Part shown: one piece after another, positions 27,301 through 37,928 of the stretch
Layout of the letters: each line of letters begins with the position of its first letter
How positions within the stretch are numbered: position 1 is the stretch's first letter
Source of the DNA: Amoebophrya sp. A120
Taxonomy: Eukaryota > Protista > Dinoflagellata
Reading direction: 5' to 3'
Assembly: GCA_905178155.1 (NCBI GenBank)
Contig: CAJINV010000010.1
Span: 2,534,466 to 2,598,465, forward strand
Length of the DNA stretch: 64,000 nt
Position numbers and translations under genes: made by a program
Notes under the pieces: model-generated
Databases searched by the model: none
The model's input: only the letters and a program-made list of their open reading frames with translations
What the model was told of the DNA's origin: nothing

Positions 27301-28992
27301 GCAACCTGTCGACACAGTCCCGCGCGAAAATCAGCCACTACCTGAAGCAACAAACGCTGACGAACCAGGTGGGCTGCGACATCGAAGCCCTGCTGGAAAT
27401 TGCCCACGACCTGCAGCTATCATCGATACAAAAGTTGTAATGTCACACTCGTACTAAGAATCTTCAAAATTATCGCAACCACGCATGACAGATCTCTTCT
27501 CTAAAGGTAAATCAGCATTACTTCCTTTAAGATCCTGAGTAAAAATTTGCGAGGCCGCGGTAGTATTGCTAGTACAACGATATTAGTTACTTTTGCACTG
27601 CATAGCGGTTCCCGCACCTGCTGATTTCCCAGACCAACGACAGCTACTCCGCCAAACCGATTATCGAATTTGACAACGACCGGCAGTTCGCGTACTACTG
27701 CCTGCTCTATTTCCCGAACCCGAGTTGCATCTACGGGGAGATTCCCTTACCGTTTTCCTTTTTTCAACGGGGCGTGTCCAGTCCCTGCAGCGACCTCCAG
27801 TCGGGCGAAACCAGGTCCCAGCTGATTCGAAACATGCGGGCGTTCCTAGAGCTCACCATAGGCGACGGCCGGAGTTCGAGTTCCTCTGCTGCTGCTGCGC
27901 AGAGCGGGTCCTCGAGCGCGAGCTACCTGCGGAGGAACGACGGCCTGGCGAATAACGTGTTAGTGCTTTTGGAATGCGTGAACTGCGTGCTGCACAGCGA
28001 CTACTTCCACCACTGCTTCCTAGGTTGTAACAGGCATATTAAAACAAGTAGCAAGGAACAAGACGAGGTGGACCCGAGCACGACCAGCGCGTTCTGGGTG
28101 TACGAGCTCTTCATCGACTCGCTCGGGTTTGACGACATTTGGCTGATTCGTACTTACACCGGGTTTATCGAGCAGGCGGAGGAGATCGGCCCCGACTTTT
28201 TTGACTTTCTGTCCCGCCTGAAGTTCCCCGGGTTTGGGGAGATTACGGAGGCGCCAGAGCAGGCGGCGAGCGGACCTATGTTGCTGTCGAACACGAACCC
28301 CGCCCGGAAGCTGTTGTGGAGCGCGCTCGGCCTGGTGCTGAAAGACCACGAGGGGCGCGAAATCAAGCGTCACATGACCAAACTAACCCTGGCGATTGCC
28401 TCCTCCTGGCTCGGGAAAGCACAGAAACACTGCCACAGCCGCCCACTGTTCGCGCCCTTCCGGCAGAATTTTCCGGAATTCATGGACGACCTGAACCGGC
28501 TGCATGCGGTTTTCGACCGTCAGGCGCACCAGGATCACGCTGGACATATGATGCAGGACGACGACGACTACGAGGAGATGCGGGGACAGCAAGAACAACC
28601 CGTTTTGCAGCAGCAGCAGTTTCATAGTATCGACCCAGAGGCGCAGCAGTTCGCTCTATCAACTGTAAAAATGTCTCAGTCTGGAAGATTCTGGGGCTTG
28701 TCGCGCATGCTTTGCATGACCCAGGATTGTGTGTGATGCATGCCCTACCATCACAGACTTTTAGAACCCTTCCTGATGCCTACTCCGCACGACAAAGACC
28801 CTTCCGGGGTGGCACAAGAAACTAGGCTTCTCTTACTGGTCACGCAATACAGATCTTTTGAGAGTCCAAAGTTAGCATCACAAGTTGCAACCTTCCAGAC
28901 CCAGACACTTTTGCACTTGATACGCTCGAGAAATTCACAAATTGAAGCACGACGCAGGCAGACTGGTTGAGCGCGCGGAATACTATGAGTGA
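15353..28992 (+). CDS. NUP155: Nucleoporin Nup155/Nup170-like, about 22 introners plus several GT-AG introns; exon structure 18030-19750 not resolved
   Basis: Motifs RTAWMTDDHILYLWNY, IILSVAMVQPRENAF..FLIVVVT..VHLLGV, STEDGRILL..IYELEY and C-terminal MWRYYE..AASQLLLELA..LSLFEKQQYL resemble Nup155 N- and C-terminal blocks; stop TGA 28990-28992. Confidence 0.75.
16066..16389 (+). other. Canonical GT-AG intron (Nup155-like gene)
   Basis: gtactt..gacag; joining gives GYSCSTNGHPFSAVHSTEDGRI. Confidence 0.7.
16476..16726. mobile_element. Introner family A
   Basis: TIR; DR cgagc/cgagc. Confidence 0.9.
16747..17056. mobile_element. Introner family B
   Basis: TIR; DR caacg/caatg. Confidence 0.85.
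17130..17394. mobile_element. Introner family A
   Basis: TIR; DR gctcc/gctcc. Confidence 0.9.
18418..18594. mobile_element. Introner family F
   Basis: Long TIR; DR ggcgg/ggcgg. Confidence 0.85.
20164..20434. mobile_element. Introner family A
   Basis: TIR; DR tgacg/tgacg. Confidence 0.9.
20480..20793. mobile_element. Introner family B
   Basis: TIR; DR gtgca/gtgca. Confidence 0.9.
20887..21040. mobile_element. Introner family C
   Basis: TIR; DR tcgga/tcgga. Confidence 0.9.
21133..21304. mobile_element. Introner family F
   Basis: TIR; DR agctc/aactc. Confidence 0.85.
21437..21660. mobile_element. Introner family E
   Basis: TIR; DR acgaa/aagaa. Confidence 0.85.
21759..22064. mobile_element. 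Introner family I
   Basis: Long TIR; DR cacag/cgcag. Confidence 0.85.
22186..22447. mobile_element. Introner family A
   Basis: TIR; DR gttct/gttct. Confidence 0.9.
22568..22888. mobile_element. Introner family B
   Basis: TIR; DR tctat/tctat; reverse homologue at 33369-33695. Confidence 0.9.
23258..23525 (+). other. Canonical GT-AG intron (Nup155-like gene)
   Basis: gtacac..gacag; joining keeps frame into ..LLDSNQVLVANS. Confidence 0.6.
23625..23903. mobile_element. Introner family A variant
   Basis: TIR; DR ccagg/ccagg. Confidence 0.8.
23981..24248. mobile_element. Introner family A variant
   Basis: TIR; DR ttgtc/gtgtc. Confidence 0.8.
24287..24435. mobile_element. Introner family C
   Basis: TIR; DR ctgtt/ctgtt. 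Confidence 0.9.
24642..24931. mobile_element. Introner family D
   Basis: TIR; DR tactg/tactg. Confidence 0.85.
25150..25403. mobile_element. Introner family A
   Basis: TIR; DR gcttc/gcttt. Confidence 0.85.
26217..26552. mobile_element. Introner family B
   Basis: Partly eroded TIR; DR ggccg/gggcg. Confidence 0.8.
26617..26878. mobile_element. Introner family A
   Basis: TIR; DR accca/accca. Confidence 0.9.
26977..27243. mobile_element. Introner family A (reverse orientation relative to 26617)
   Basis: TIR; DR actcc/actcc. Confidence 0.9.
27418..27604. mobile_element. Degenerate introner family C
   Basis: Eroded TIR; DR gcagc/gcggt. Confidence 0.6.
28657..28922. mobile_element. Introner family A
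   Basis: TIR; DR cgctc/cgctc. Confidence 0.9.
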
Positions 28993-29119
28993 TGTGAATA
29001 GGTTAGTAGATTCTTGTATTGGTGCAGCATCATGGGTAAGTAAGTACTTCTTACAACTGTCCAGAGTCAATCGCTTGGTTCTTCTCTTACGTTGAGCTTG
29101 AGTGTTTTGATTTGGTACA

Positions 29120-30127
29120 AGTAGGTACTTACGTAGTAGTTTTACCGCCACCCTTTTGGTGGTGTGGAACTTCTGCAGCTCTTCGCAGAGGTTTTCATAG
29201 GGTAAAAGGTAGTGGTCCGGCTATCAAACAAACCGCCCCCTCCGCGCGGAGGGGCCTGTTTCTTTCTGGGCCGCCAGCGGCGGAAGAAGAAACCGAAAAT
29301 AAGAAATCGACCCCTCCGCGCGGAGGGGTCGACTTCTTATTTTCGGAACGGCGCGCGCCGAAGAATTTTTTTGTTGTTGCATCCAGCACTGGCCTCGGAA
29401 ACAAGTCGTGGGCCACGCCTCCGCGCGGAGGCGAGGATTTCTTGTTTTCCCAGTGCGGAGCAAGAGCAACGACAACGGCGGGCCATTCCTGAGGAGGTGG
29501 GCGCCGCGGTTGTCTGGTTCCTTCCTTATGGGGCATAGTGCGCGCGCATTGGCGCCGTGTGGCTGCGCTCCTTAAGGCGCATGTAGCGTGGTGCGTGCGT
29601 TGTTACGGGCCTTTTGTCCGAGGGTAGCGCCTGTCGTGCAGGCGCCGCTGCATGGGATTCCGCTCCTGATCTCGGTGGCGACTCGCGAGGGGCTAAGGGT
29701 ATGAGCATGCATGGGACACCGGCGCCACGACAAAGCCAACCAACGGGCCGGGTCTTTGTTTGAGGCGCGCCACGTTTCGCCCTACCTTTTTTCGTTGTGT
29801 TGTTTCTGGAAAATCAAAACTCATAGTCATGCGGCAACTTTTTGCGCCCGGCGGTGTAGGGGCCGACCTTCGTTGGAGTGAACTCTGCAGTAGTGGCGCC
29901 CGGCTTTCTTACAAACTGCCGGACGCCTTGTGCGATCGATCGGCGACGCACGACTCTCCCCTGCCCTCGCCAAGGCAGCCGCAGTTTCTCTGGCGCCGGG
30001 CAATCTGCTTAAATTATTGAAGTATCTGCTTCTACTACCTGATACACAGTAGGTACTTACGTAGTAGTTTTACCGCCACCCTTTTGGTGGTGTGGAAATT
30101 GTGCAGCTCTTCGCAGAGGTTTTCATA
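29120..30127. repeat. 80-bp direct repeats (29120-29199, 30048-30127) flanking an ~850-bp GC-rich insert
   Basis: agtaggtacttacgtagtagttttaccgccaccc..gaggttttcata present twice with about 2 mismatches. Confidence 0.85.
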
Positions 30128-31628
30128 CAGATGAGCAAACAGTACATAGTCTTTTACTTCTACCTCGCAGCGCCGCGAGCACAGGCGTGATCTATTTGTG
30201 TTTGGTACTAACTTCTTCATCCGGTTCGGGGTTGTTGTACTTAAGCGCCTATAGGTAGAAGTACTTCCTTCCATACTCTCACCAATTTTTTTTCTCACCA
30301 CAAAAACCAATGACCATGTACTGTAGTTGTGCCATGGTCTTGTTTCTAGACAAATCACCACAAAAATCAATGAATGCAGACGAGTGTTGAGTCCTCCCTC
30401 TCATTTCCAAGAAGAGCGGTCGACAGAATAACGACAGGAATGGCGGGCTACTTATCGCTTTCATCACAAGGAACTCCGAGTCCGACGAGCGCGTTGCAAG
30501 CAAGAGAAAGGGCAGAAATTTTCTGCATCGACTTCATTTTGAGATTACAGCGAAGCACAGAGACAGAACTTCATGAGACAGCTGAGCATCCGGCCACTGT
30601 TGTTCTAGGCTCAACAAAACGGTAGCTACTGCGTATAAGTAAAAACTTATCTACTTCCCCTGTAGTTGGCAGCGCAACTAACGTCGCAGTGATACAAGGA
30701 AAATCAAAATACTTGTACCTAATATCGAAAGACCACGATCTTCGGTTCTTCTTGCGTTGCCCTGATGTTGCTTCGTATCCGTGCGCGCGGCTCGTGGTAC
30801 TTACTACCGACTCCGTAGCGGAAGTAGAAAAATGTACAAAGCTCCTATCGGTTTGTTGTTTGAGCGTTTCGCTTTCGGTTGATCCTCAGTGCAGGTAAGG
30901 ACTCATATCGTCATCGTGTCTCTGCTGTGTGGTCTATGAGCGTCATACATTGTGTCTCCGTAGCAAGAAGACCTGATGGTGTTCACAGCGTATAATTTTT
31001 CGTTACACTTTGTGTACCGTCTATCGGTGAACGTGGTTGTAAATGAAAATCGTGCAGCAGCGTCCTGCTGGTCGGTGGTCGTACTAGAAGTCGTGCGTCT
31101 TTTCTATCGTTCACGCACCGTGCGTCTTTTCTATCGTTCACGCAACTTCGCTTTGTAATTATTCCGTATTTGAAGTAGTACTTCACGTCCTCGGTTTGTA
31201 TTTCAGGATGCACATCATTGAGTAAAGCTAAAGTCGTTGCAGCAGGCGCATTACTAGCTTTGTCTGTGTCCTCGTCCGCCACTTCGTCCATCTTACGCCT
31301 TTCGTTCGTGATGAAGACAAAGAATGAATAAGTACAACTTACTCACAATTCCAATACCCCCAAGTAACAGGAGAAACAGTAACAGCATCCCAAGAATCGA
31401 TAACTACAACCACCTCCCACTTCCCTCAATCGAAAACTTCTATCAGACGAGAAAAAATCACCGTGAAAGAAAACGAAATCTGCTTCGAAGAGCAAGAACA
31501 GCACTTCTAAACTTTCAGTTTGGAGGACAAAAGACTTCTCTCCCACCACCACCCAGGGCGGGCTACACTCGACGAACTTCCATCCATCTCGAAGGACAGA
31601 AAGGGTACTAGAAAGAAGCAAAAAAAGA

Positions 31629-32917
31629 ATGGCTCCGAGCATGAAATCTCTCTTGAAGAAGATGGCCGCCTTCGTGGTGGTCGGCACGCAGCTATCAAAA
31701 GGAAAAATCCCCCCTCCCCGTATCAAAACGAAGTTTCTGATGCAGGATTTGCGTACACAGATCAGATCTGTCTTGCTGGAGAGGAGTGCAGGCCCATACT
31801 GAGCCTAAGTAGAGAGGCTCTGGCCTAGGCGTCTAGCATGAGAAACGCCCGCGCTGTAGGCCGATCAGCATCACAAACCGCCTGCACAATGCTGCGGAGG
31901 TTGTGGAGTTGCCTTGTTGCAAGACAGACGCGATTCGTGGTCACAAATCAGCAACGCAAATTTTCGGAAACGTGCCGTGTCAATATGGGCAGGCGGGATT
32001 TTTCCTCGCGATAGCAGCTGTCGCCGCTCCCGACCGTCGACGGCGTGGAGGTGTTGCTGCTGGACAAGATGTATGCCTTGCAAATATGTCTGGGTCTGGA
32101 AACTTGTGATGCTGGGTGGCGTATCATGACGAGGCCACAAGTGCTGGCGCAGCATGACAAGTTTCTGAGCTACTAGGTGTTGCCTTTTCTGCATCAGAAA
32201 CTGCGTTTCTGCATGACAGAAAAGTGGGGCTCTTGTGTAATGTGCATGACAGATTTAAGAGTCATGCCAGACAAGCATGACAAACATGCATTCTTCCAGA
32301 CCCAGACATATTTGCACTCGACAAGATGCGCAAGAAGAAGACGGCCAAGAAAGTGGAACTACAACGCGCAGGAGCGGTATGGAAGCGTCAGGATTGAAAT
32401 CGTCAAAGTTGAAATAATTTCTCACGCATAAATAATCGCAAGGCATGAAGTGCCTCTCTTGCAGGGATGGCAAGTGTTGGGGCCGACTGTCAGCCTGTCT
32501 GGGGTCTGTGATAGAGCTTCTAAAGTAGCATGACAAAAGACGCCTTCTGTCCCTAAACAGCGTGACAAACTGGATTTAGACGATGCCGAAAGTTGTAGTG
32601 CACCGCTTACAACTTGGCCGTCCAACTCGTATCGATTTTATGCATTACAAGTTATTTCAACTTTGTCGATTTCAGTCCTGACACATCCATAAGCGGAAAA
32701 GGGGACGGCCGGGTGGAACCCTATCAGTGCCGTTGGGAACGCCATTAATGGCGCTACTTGCCTGACTGCCCCTAGTTGCCTGGACCTGTACCAGCAACAA
32801 TGCTGTATGTGCAAGTACAACTCCGCGTGCCCCGCCATTATCGCAGAATACGGAAACAAGATGGGGGATCCGAACCAGAAGCCTTACTGCAGATCTTGCG
32901 GTTGCGCATGTCCCTGA
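31629..32917 (+). CDS. Small Cys-rich, probably secreted peptide, copy 1 (3 introners)
   Basis: Spliced: MAPSMKSLLKKMAAFVVVGTQLSPLPTVDGVEVLLLDKMRKKKTAKKVELQRAGAEKGTAGWNPISAVGNAINGATCLTAPSCLDLYQQQCCMCKYNSACPAIIAEYGNKMGDPNQKPYCRSCGCACP*. Confidence 0.8.
31693..32013. mobile_element. Introner family B (shared with paralog, 37015-37331)
   Basis: TIR; DR gcagc/gcagc. Confidence 0.9.
32072..32323. mobile_element. Introner family A (copy-1 specific)
   Basis: TIR; DR agatg/agatg; empty site in paralog. Confidence 0.9.
32378..32691. mobile_element. Introner family I
   Basis: TIR; DR agcgg/agcgg. Confidence 0.85.
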
Positions 32918-32939
32918 TTGATTTTCGGTGCGCTGGTGG

Positions 32940-33278
32940 TATCCTGAGAAAAAACGGCCCCATCCCAGAGTTGTCATGTGCTTTAACTTGGTCTTTTCCA
33001 GTACATAAACACCCCAGAGTTGTCATGCAGATCTGCAAGCATTTTTTTATAATGCGCATCCCCAGGAGAGGCATTACCCATCGTTTTTTGGAACTTGTAA
33101 TTCTGTGAACAGGATAAGGAGATGGATTTGCTATGCAGATTACCTTGCTAAAAAACTGCATTACACTACAGCCTGCATCTTGTCATGCGTGGCTCCCAAA
33201 ACTTTAAGGGCTTGCGTTGCAAAATAATCCCCACCTTGAGGACTCTGGTGTGGGGACAAGACATTTTTAGTCAGGATA
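32940..33278. mobile_element. Introner family D, downstream of stop codon
   Basis: TIR; DR ggtgg/gctgg; internal duplication of ccccagagttgtcatg. Confidence 0.75.
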
Positions 33279-33368
33279 GCTGGTACGGAAGGCCGGACAA
33301 CCATTTGTATTTGATTTCCTTCGCAAGCGCGGTGTTCTTCAAGATGTAGATGATGATCATGATTATCA

Positions 33369-33695
33369 TATCAAAAGGAAATATCCCCCCTCCCCATATC
33401 GGAAACGGAAGACGCGTGAATTTGTGATGCTGTATTTGAGTACACAAATCGACTTGCGATGCTAGAAGGCCAAGAGACGAAGCTGCGGCCTACATTGCAG
33501 GTAATCTGTCATGCTGTTTCCCACTTCCAGCTGCCTCCTCCTCCTGTCATCCTGGACCTGCAAGGCTTTCCCACACTAGGCAGCACTACAGTCCGCATCT
33601 TTTGCCTTCTAGCATCACAAAGCTGACTTGTGACCACAAATTTGCATCGCAGATTTCCGTTTTGATATGGGGAGGGGGGATTTTTCCTCGCAATA
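33369..33695. mobile_element. Introner family B, putative 3' UTR
   Basis: TIR; DR tatca/tatca. Confidence 0.85.
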
Positions 33696-33767
33696 TATCA
33701 CCCTCACCTTGAAGAACGCCAGGTACTACTAGGTAGCCTTCCCAAGAAATAAACAAGTATCTGCTCG

Positions 33768-34031
33768 TATCAAATGTAAAAATGTCTGTGTCTGGAAACT
33801 TGGAACTTGTGATGCTAACTCTGGACTCTAAAAAAATCTGTATTGCATGACCAGCAATAAGAGCCACATTTGTGCTACGCGAGGAGGGCATTTGTCATGC
33901 AGAAATGACATCAGGAACATTCCAAAAATCTATGATGCTGGGTCATGCATTACAAGCATCATGGGTCTTCATGCCAGACAAGCATGACAAGCCTTCCATT
34001 CTTCCAGACCCAGACATTTTTACATGTGATA
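33768..34031. mobile_element. Introner family A, putative 3' UTR
   Basis: TIR; DR gctcg/gctcg. Confidence 0.85.
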
Positions 34032-34238
34032 GCTCGTACGGATGTTCTCGCGATGTTGTATAAAAAGAATTTTCGTACATTTATTTTTAAAATCAAAGTT
34101 TTCATCAGCAGTAAGAAATTAAAAGAGGCTGCAGAAGAGGAGGGCGAGCCTCGACGCACGTGAGTTAGATTTAGATGGCTACGGCCAGCATTGTTACGCC
34201 GATTCTTGCTTGTAAACGACCCCTAGAACAAATATATA

Positions 34239-35543
34239 GTAAAGATTCGGGAAAAATTTTACCGAAGAACATCGCGCGATTGTACTAATAGAAGTGCGAA
34301 TGGGGGGATCTGCCGAGTTAGTGTCAGTCGATTTTGGACTTACACGAACTCGCCAGTCGGGCGCCCGACTGGCGAGTTCGTGTAAGTCGAAAAAAAAAAG
34401 ATTGCAGACTCTTTTCTGCGTTGCTCTTCCTCCCTTGTCGACGAGCTGCTCCAGTTTCTCGGCGTTGCTCCTCTTGCTTTGCTACAAAAGTCGTGTCCAA
34501 AAAGCACAACTATGAGGCCGCGCGCAAAATCGGAGCTCCCCCGTCCACCGCACCAAAGATGGCAAATCCAGAAAATATGGGCGCGGGGTGGTAGTGCGAT
34601 TGTACTTTTTTCTCTTCTTAGTGGAGCAGAAGCTTTTCTTGGTGTGGTTAGCACCAAGATGACTTTTTAGAAACCACATCAGGAGGAAATACATCAAGCA
34701 CCACCGAAAGAGAGCGGAGTCATAAGTGAAAAACTGCGATCCGCAAGCGCGCCACAAAAGGAATGGGCGCGAAAAAATCTGAATACTAAAGCCCCGCCAC
34801 GCAATGTCAAAGAAGCCAACAGCAATTGGCCAGGGGCGCAAGCAAGCTGCTGCTGCGCTCTATTGTTTTTTCTGTCGTAGAGAACGACCCGCCTCCATAG
34901 AGAGGACAAGTTTCTAGAGAAGCTTACAAAAAGCGGCCCGATTGAAAAAGGGGCCGCGGGCTGCGAAAAAGTAAGGGTGTCTGGGATCTACTTGGGAGCG
35001 AGTCTGTTGCTTTACTGCGTGCGCGCAGCGTGTTTCTGTTGCGAAGTAGTTGCGCTACGACTGCTCTCCGAAAAGAGGCTTTCTGGTCGTTTTAGCGAGA
35101 ATAGTGGCAGACATCAGCAGAAGCAGAGGGCTATTTTGCTTTGTGGCAAGCACTGCAAAACGAGCCAGAGACCACCTGACTGCGCTCTTTTGGGAAAAAC
35201 TGCACGAAGTAGAAAAAGCGCCACAGCGCGGGCGATATGTGTTTCGCTTGGTATTAAATAGCATCTACTCGAAGCGAAACCGCGCCCGGCGCTGTAATCT
35301 CACAGAAAGAAAATAATGGCGCAAAATGCGCCGTAGCATCGGCGTTCAATTTCGGAAACAGGATTCGCGATAAAAAGCCCCTCGATTTCGAGAAGGGGGG
35401 CGTAGGGGGGTAAGGTCGGTCAGGATCCGGATTTGGGGGGGCTTCTCGGTATCGAGAAGGGGGTCGATTAATCGTACAGGCTCGTAAAGATTCGGGAAAA
35501 ATTTTACCGAAGAACATCACGCGATTGTACTAATAGAAGTGCG
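34239..35543. repeat. 60-bp direct repeats (34239-34298, 35484-35543) flanking an ~1.2-kb insert with a perfect 52-bp palindrome
   Basis: gtaaagattcgggaaaaattttaccgaagaacatc..gaagtgcg twice with 1 mismatch; palindrome at 34337-34388. Confidence 0.85.
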
Positions 35544-36785
35544 GGGGCTGTAAAGATCCTAAACTGTAAGAAAAAAAATGCCCTAGACGAACAAGCGCAC
35601 TTATTTCCCATTTTTTCCAAAATCTCTTCGCAAAGAAAAAATTCAAAGTGGTATCCTATCCCCACGGTTACTTATTTCCCCGTTTCACAACTTCATAGAC
35701 ACGACCAGTACTAACACCTTTACACTAGACAAAAAAACAGTCACCAGCCCCGGAAAAATATATTGCCACTAAGAGGAAGAGGAAGTTTAACGTCTACACG
35801 AGCACATCGTTCTTCGATCGTGCATGAAGACAAAGACGAAGGCCGCTAGAAATGCTACAAAAACCACGCACCGTTGTGGCAAAGGAGGTAGCGACCAAGA
35901 ACAAAACGACTTCCACTTGCTTAGAGGACAACGTTTTTACGACTCATATTTTCAAGTACACATACCGACGACCACCAAAGTGTGGACGGGGCCTGCGCGC
36001 GGTGCGTTTTTGAGAATTTTTGCGCCGCTTTGCAATGGTTTTGGTCAACATTCGACGGAAGTTTAGATCTGTCATACGGTAGTGCTACTAGGCCTTCTGC
36101 TCTCGTCTCGGTTGTGGTCGTGTATAGTATTTCGGTCATCATAGATGTTGATGATTCATCGTCTTTTCATCGTTCTACGCTGCTGCTACAGCCGCGCTAT
36201 AAAGCAAGTCGTGCGAATTATGTATTTTTGACCCATTTGTTTATGAATATTCGTGCGCCGGGTAGGAAGGAAGTTCCGATGCTACAAGAACTCGGAGGTT
36301 CGCGCCCTTTCGTAGCACCTTGACGACCTCCAAAATCTGCAAGTTGCATCGTGAAACAAGAAACACGTCGTGGTCGGTTTTTAGTATGCTAGCGACCGTC
36401 GGTCTCGGTACGTCTACGTACTGTAGTGTCTCGTGCGTCGTCACGTTGCCTCGTGCATCTTCTTCGTCGTGCCACCAATTAGTGTCATCTATTGTAGCCG
36501 TGGTCTGCTAAAAATGCAGCTCGCAAACACTGGGCTATCTAGTGAACATATTAAAGAAGAACGACCACTATAATTGTCGATCACCACACTCCGCAAAAAC
36601 AAAAAACAGCATCCCACTAAGAACAAACTACCACCCAAGAAGTTCTTGCCACTTTATTTCCTTAATCGGAAAAACAACACGACGAGAAACAACTTCCTCT
36701 CGACAACAAAGAGCCCTCGCTTTCAAACTTGTATCGCTTTTCGGAAATTTTACACGCGTAAAGAGCAAAAAGCAAAAACAGCAAA

Positions 36786-37928
36786 ATGGCTCCCAGCATG
36801 AAATTATGCATTGCAAAACTATCGTACTAGTAGAACAAATAGGATGACAAAATTGGTCAAGAAGAAAAGTGGAATTTGTAATGCTGATTTCCTAAGATAG
36901 GACATTTTTGTCATGCATCACTGCAATCACTATCACTACGTGTACGATACTTTTGCAATGCATAGAAATCCCTGTTGAAGAAGATGGCCGCCTTCGTGGT
37001 GGTCGGCACGCAGCTATCAAAAGGAAAAATCCCTCCTTACCATATCAAAACGAAGTTTCTGATGCAGGATTCGCGTACACAGATCAGATCTGTCTTGCTG
37101 GAGAGGAGTGCAGGCCCATACTGAGCCTAAGTAGGGAGGCTTTGGCCTAGGTGTCTAGCATGAGAAACGCCTGCACTGTAGGCCCATCAGCATCACAAAC
37201 CGCCTGCACAATGCTGCGGAGCTTGTGGAGTTGTCTTGTTGCAAGACAGACGCGTTCACAAATCAGCAACACAAATTTATTTCGGAAACGTGCCGTGTCA
37301 ATATGGGGAGGCGGGATTTTTCCTCGCGATAGCAGCTGTCGCCGCTGCCTACCGTGGACGGCGTGGAGGTGTTGTTGCTGGACAAGATGCGCAAGAAGAA
37401 GACGTATCAAAAGTGCAAAAACGTCTGGGTCTGGAAGAGGGTAAACTTGTCATGCTTGCAGGTTTTCCATGGCCCATGAGGTTTGGAATGCGGTACCTAG
37501 CATGACAGACTCTACTGCGAGGTCACTTGCATGCCTATAAAATCCTGCATGGGAAGAACAAACTACCTGCCAACTTGGTCCAAAGTGGACAGCTTTTATT
37601 GGCGCTCATGCAACAGAGATTTTTGCATGGTTCAGATTTAGCATGACAAGTAATGCAATCTTCCAGACATCCGGGGATATTTGCAATCCATAAGACGAGC
37701 ATGAAAACGGCGAGCAAGGTCACGGAACAAGGCGTGGGCGACCTATTCAGCGCGGGTCTCAATGCAATGCAAGCTCATTGCGCGCTTTCGGCAGATTGTC
37801 TGGAGCTGTATCAGCGGGAGTGCTGTGGCTGCAAATACGCGTCGAATTGCCCCCAAATTGAGGCGCATTACAAGACAGTGTCGAACGGTGCGGCCCCGGT
37901 GTGCAGGTCCTGCGGTTGCGCGCGTTAA
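36786..37928 (+). CDS. Small Cys-rich, probably secreted peptide, copy 2 (3 introners)
   Basis: Spliced: MAPSMKSLLKKMAAFVVVGTQLSPLPTVDGVEVLLLDKMRKKKTSMKTASKVTEQGVGDLFSAGLNAMQAHCALSADCLELYQRECCGCKYASNCPQIEAHYKTVSNGAAPVCRSCGCAR*; N-terminus identical to copy 1. Confidence 0.8.
36805..36964. mobile_element. Introner family C (copy-2 specific)
   Basis: TIR; DR gaaat/gaaat; empty site in paralog. Confidence 0.9.
37015..37331. mobile_element. Introner family B (shared with paralog)
   Basis: TIR; DR gcagc/gcagc. Confidence 0.9.
37405..37692. mobile_element. Introner family A (copy-2 specific)
   Basis: TIR; DR agacg/agacg; empty site in paralog. Confidence 0.85.

Noticed and set aside
31092-31144. 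Short tandem duplication cgtgcgtcttttctatcgttcacgca
   Set aside because: Two-copy local slippage with no sign of function.
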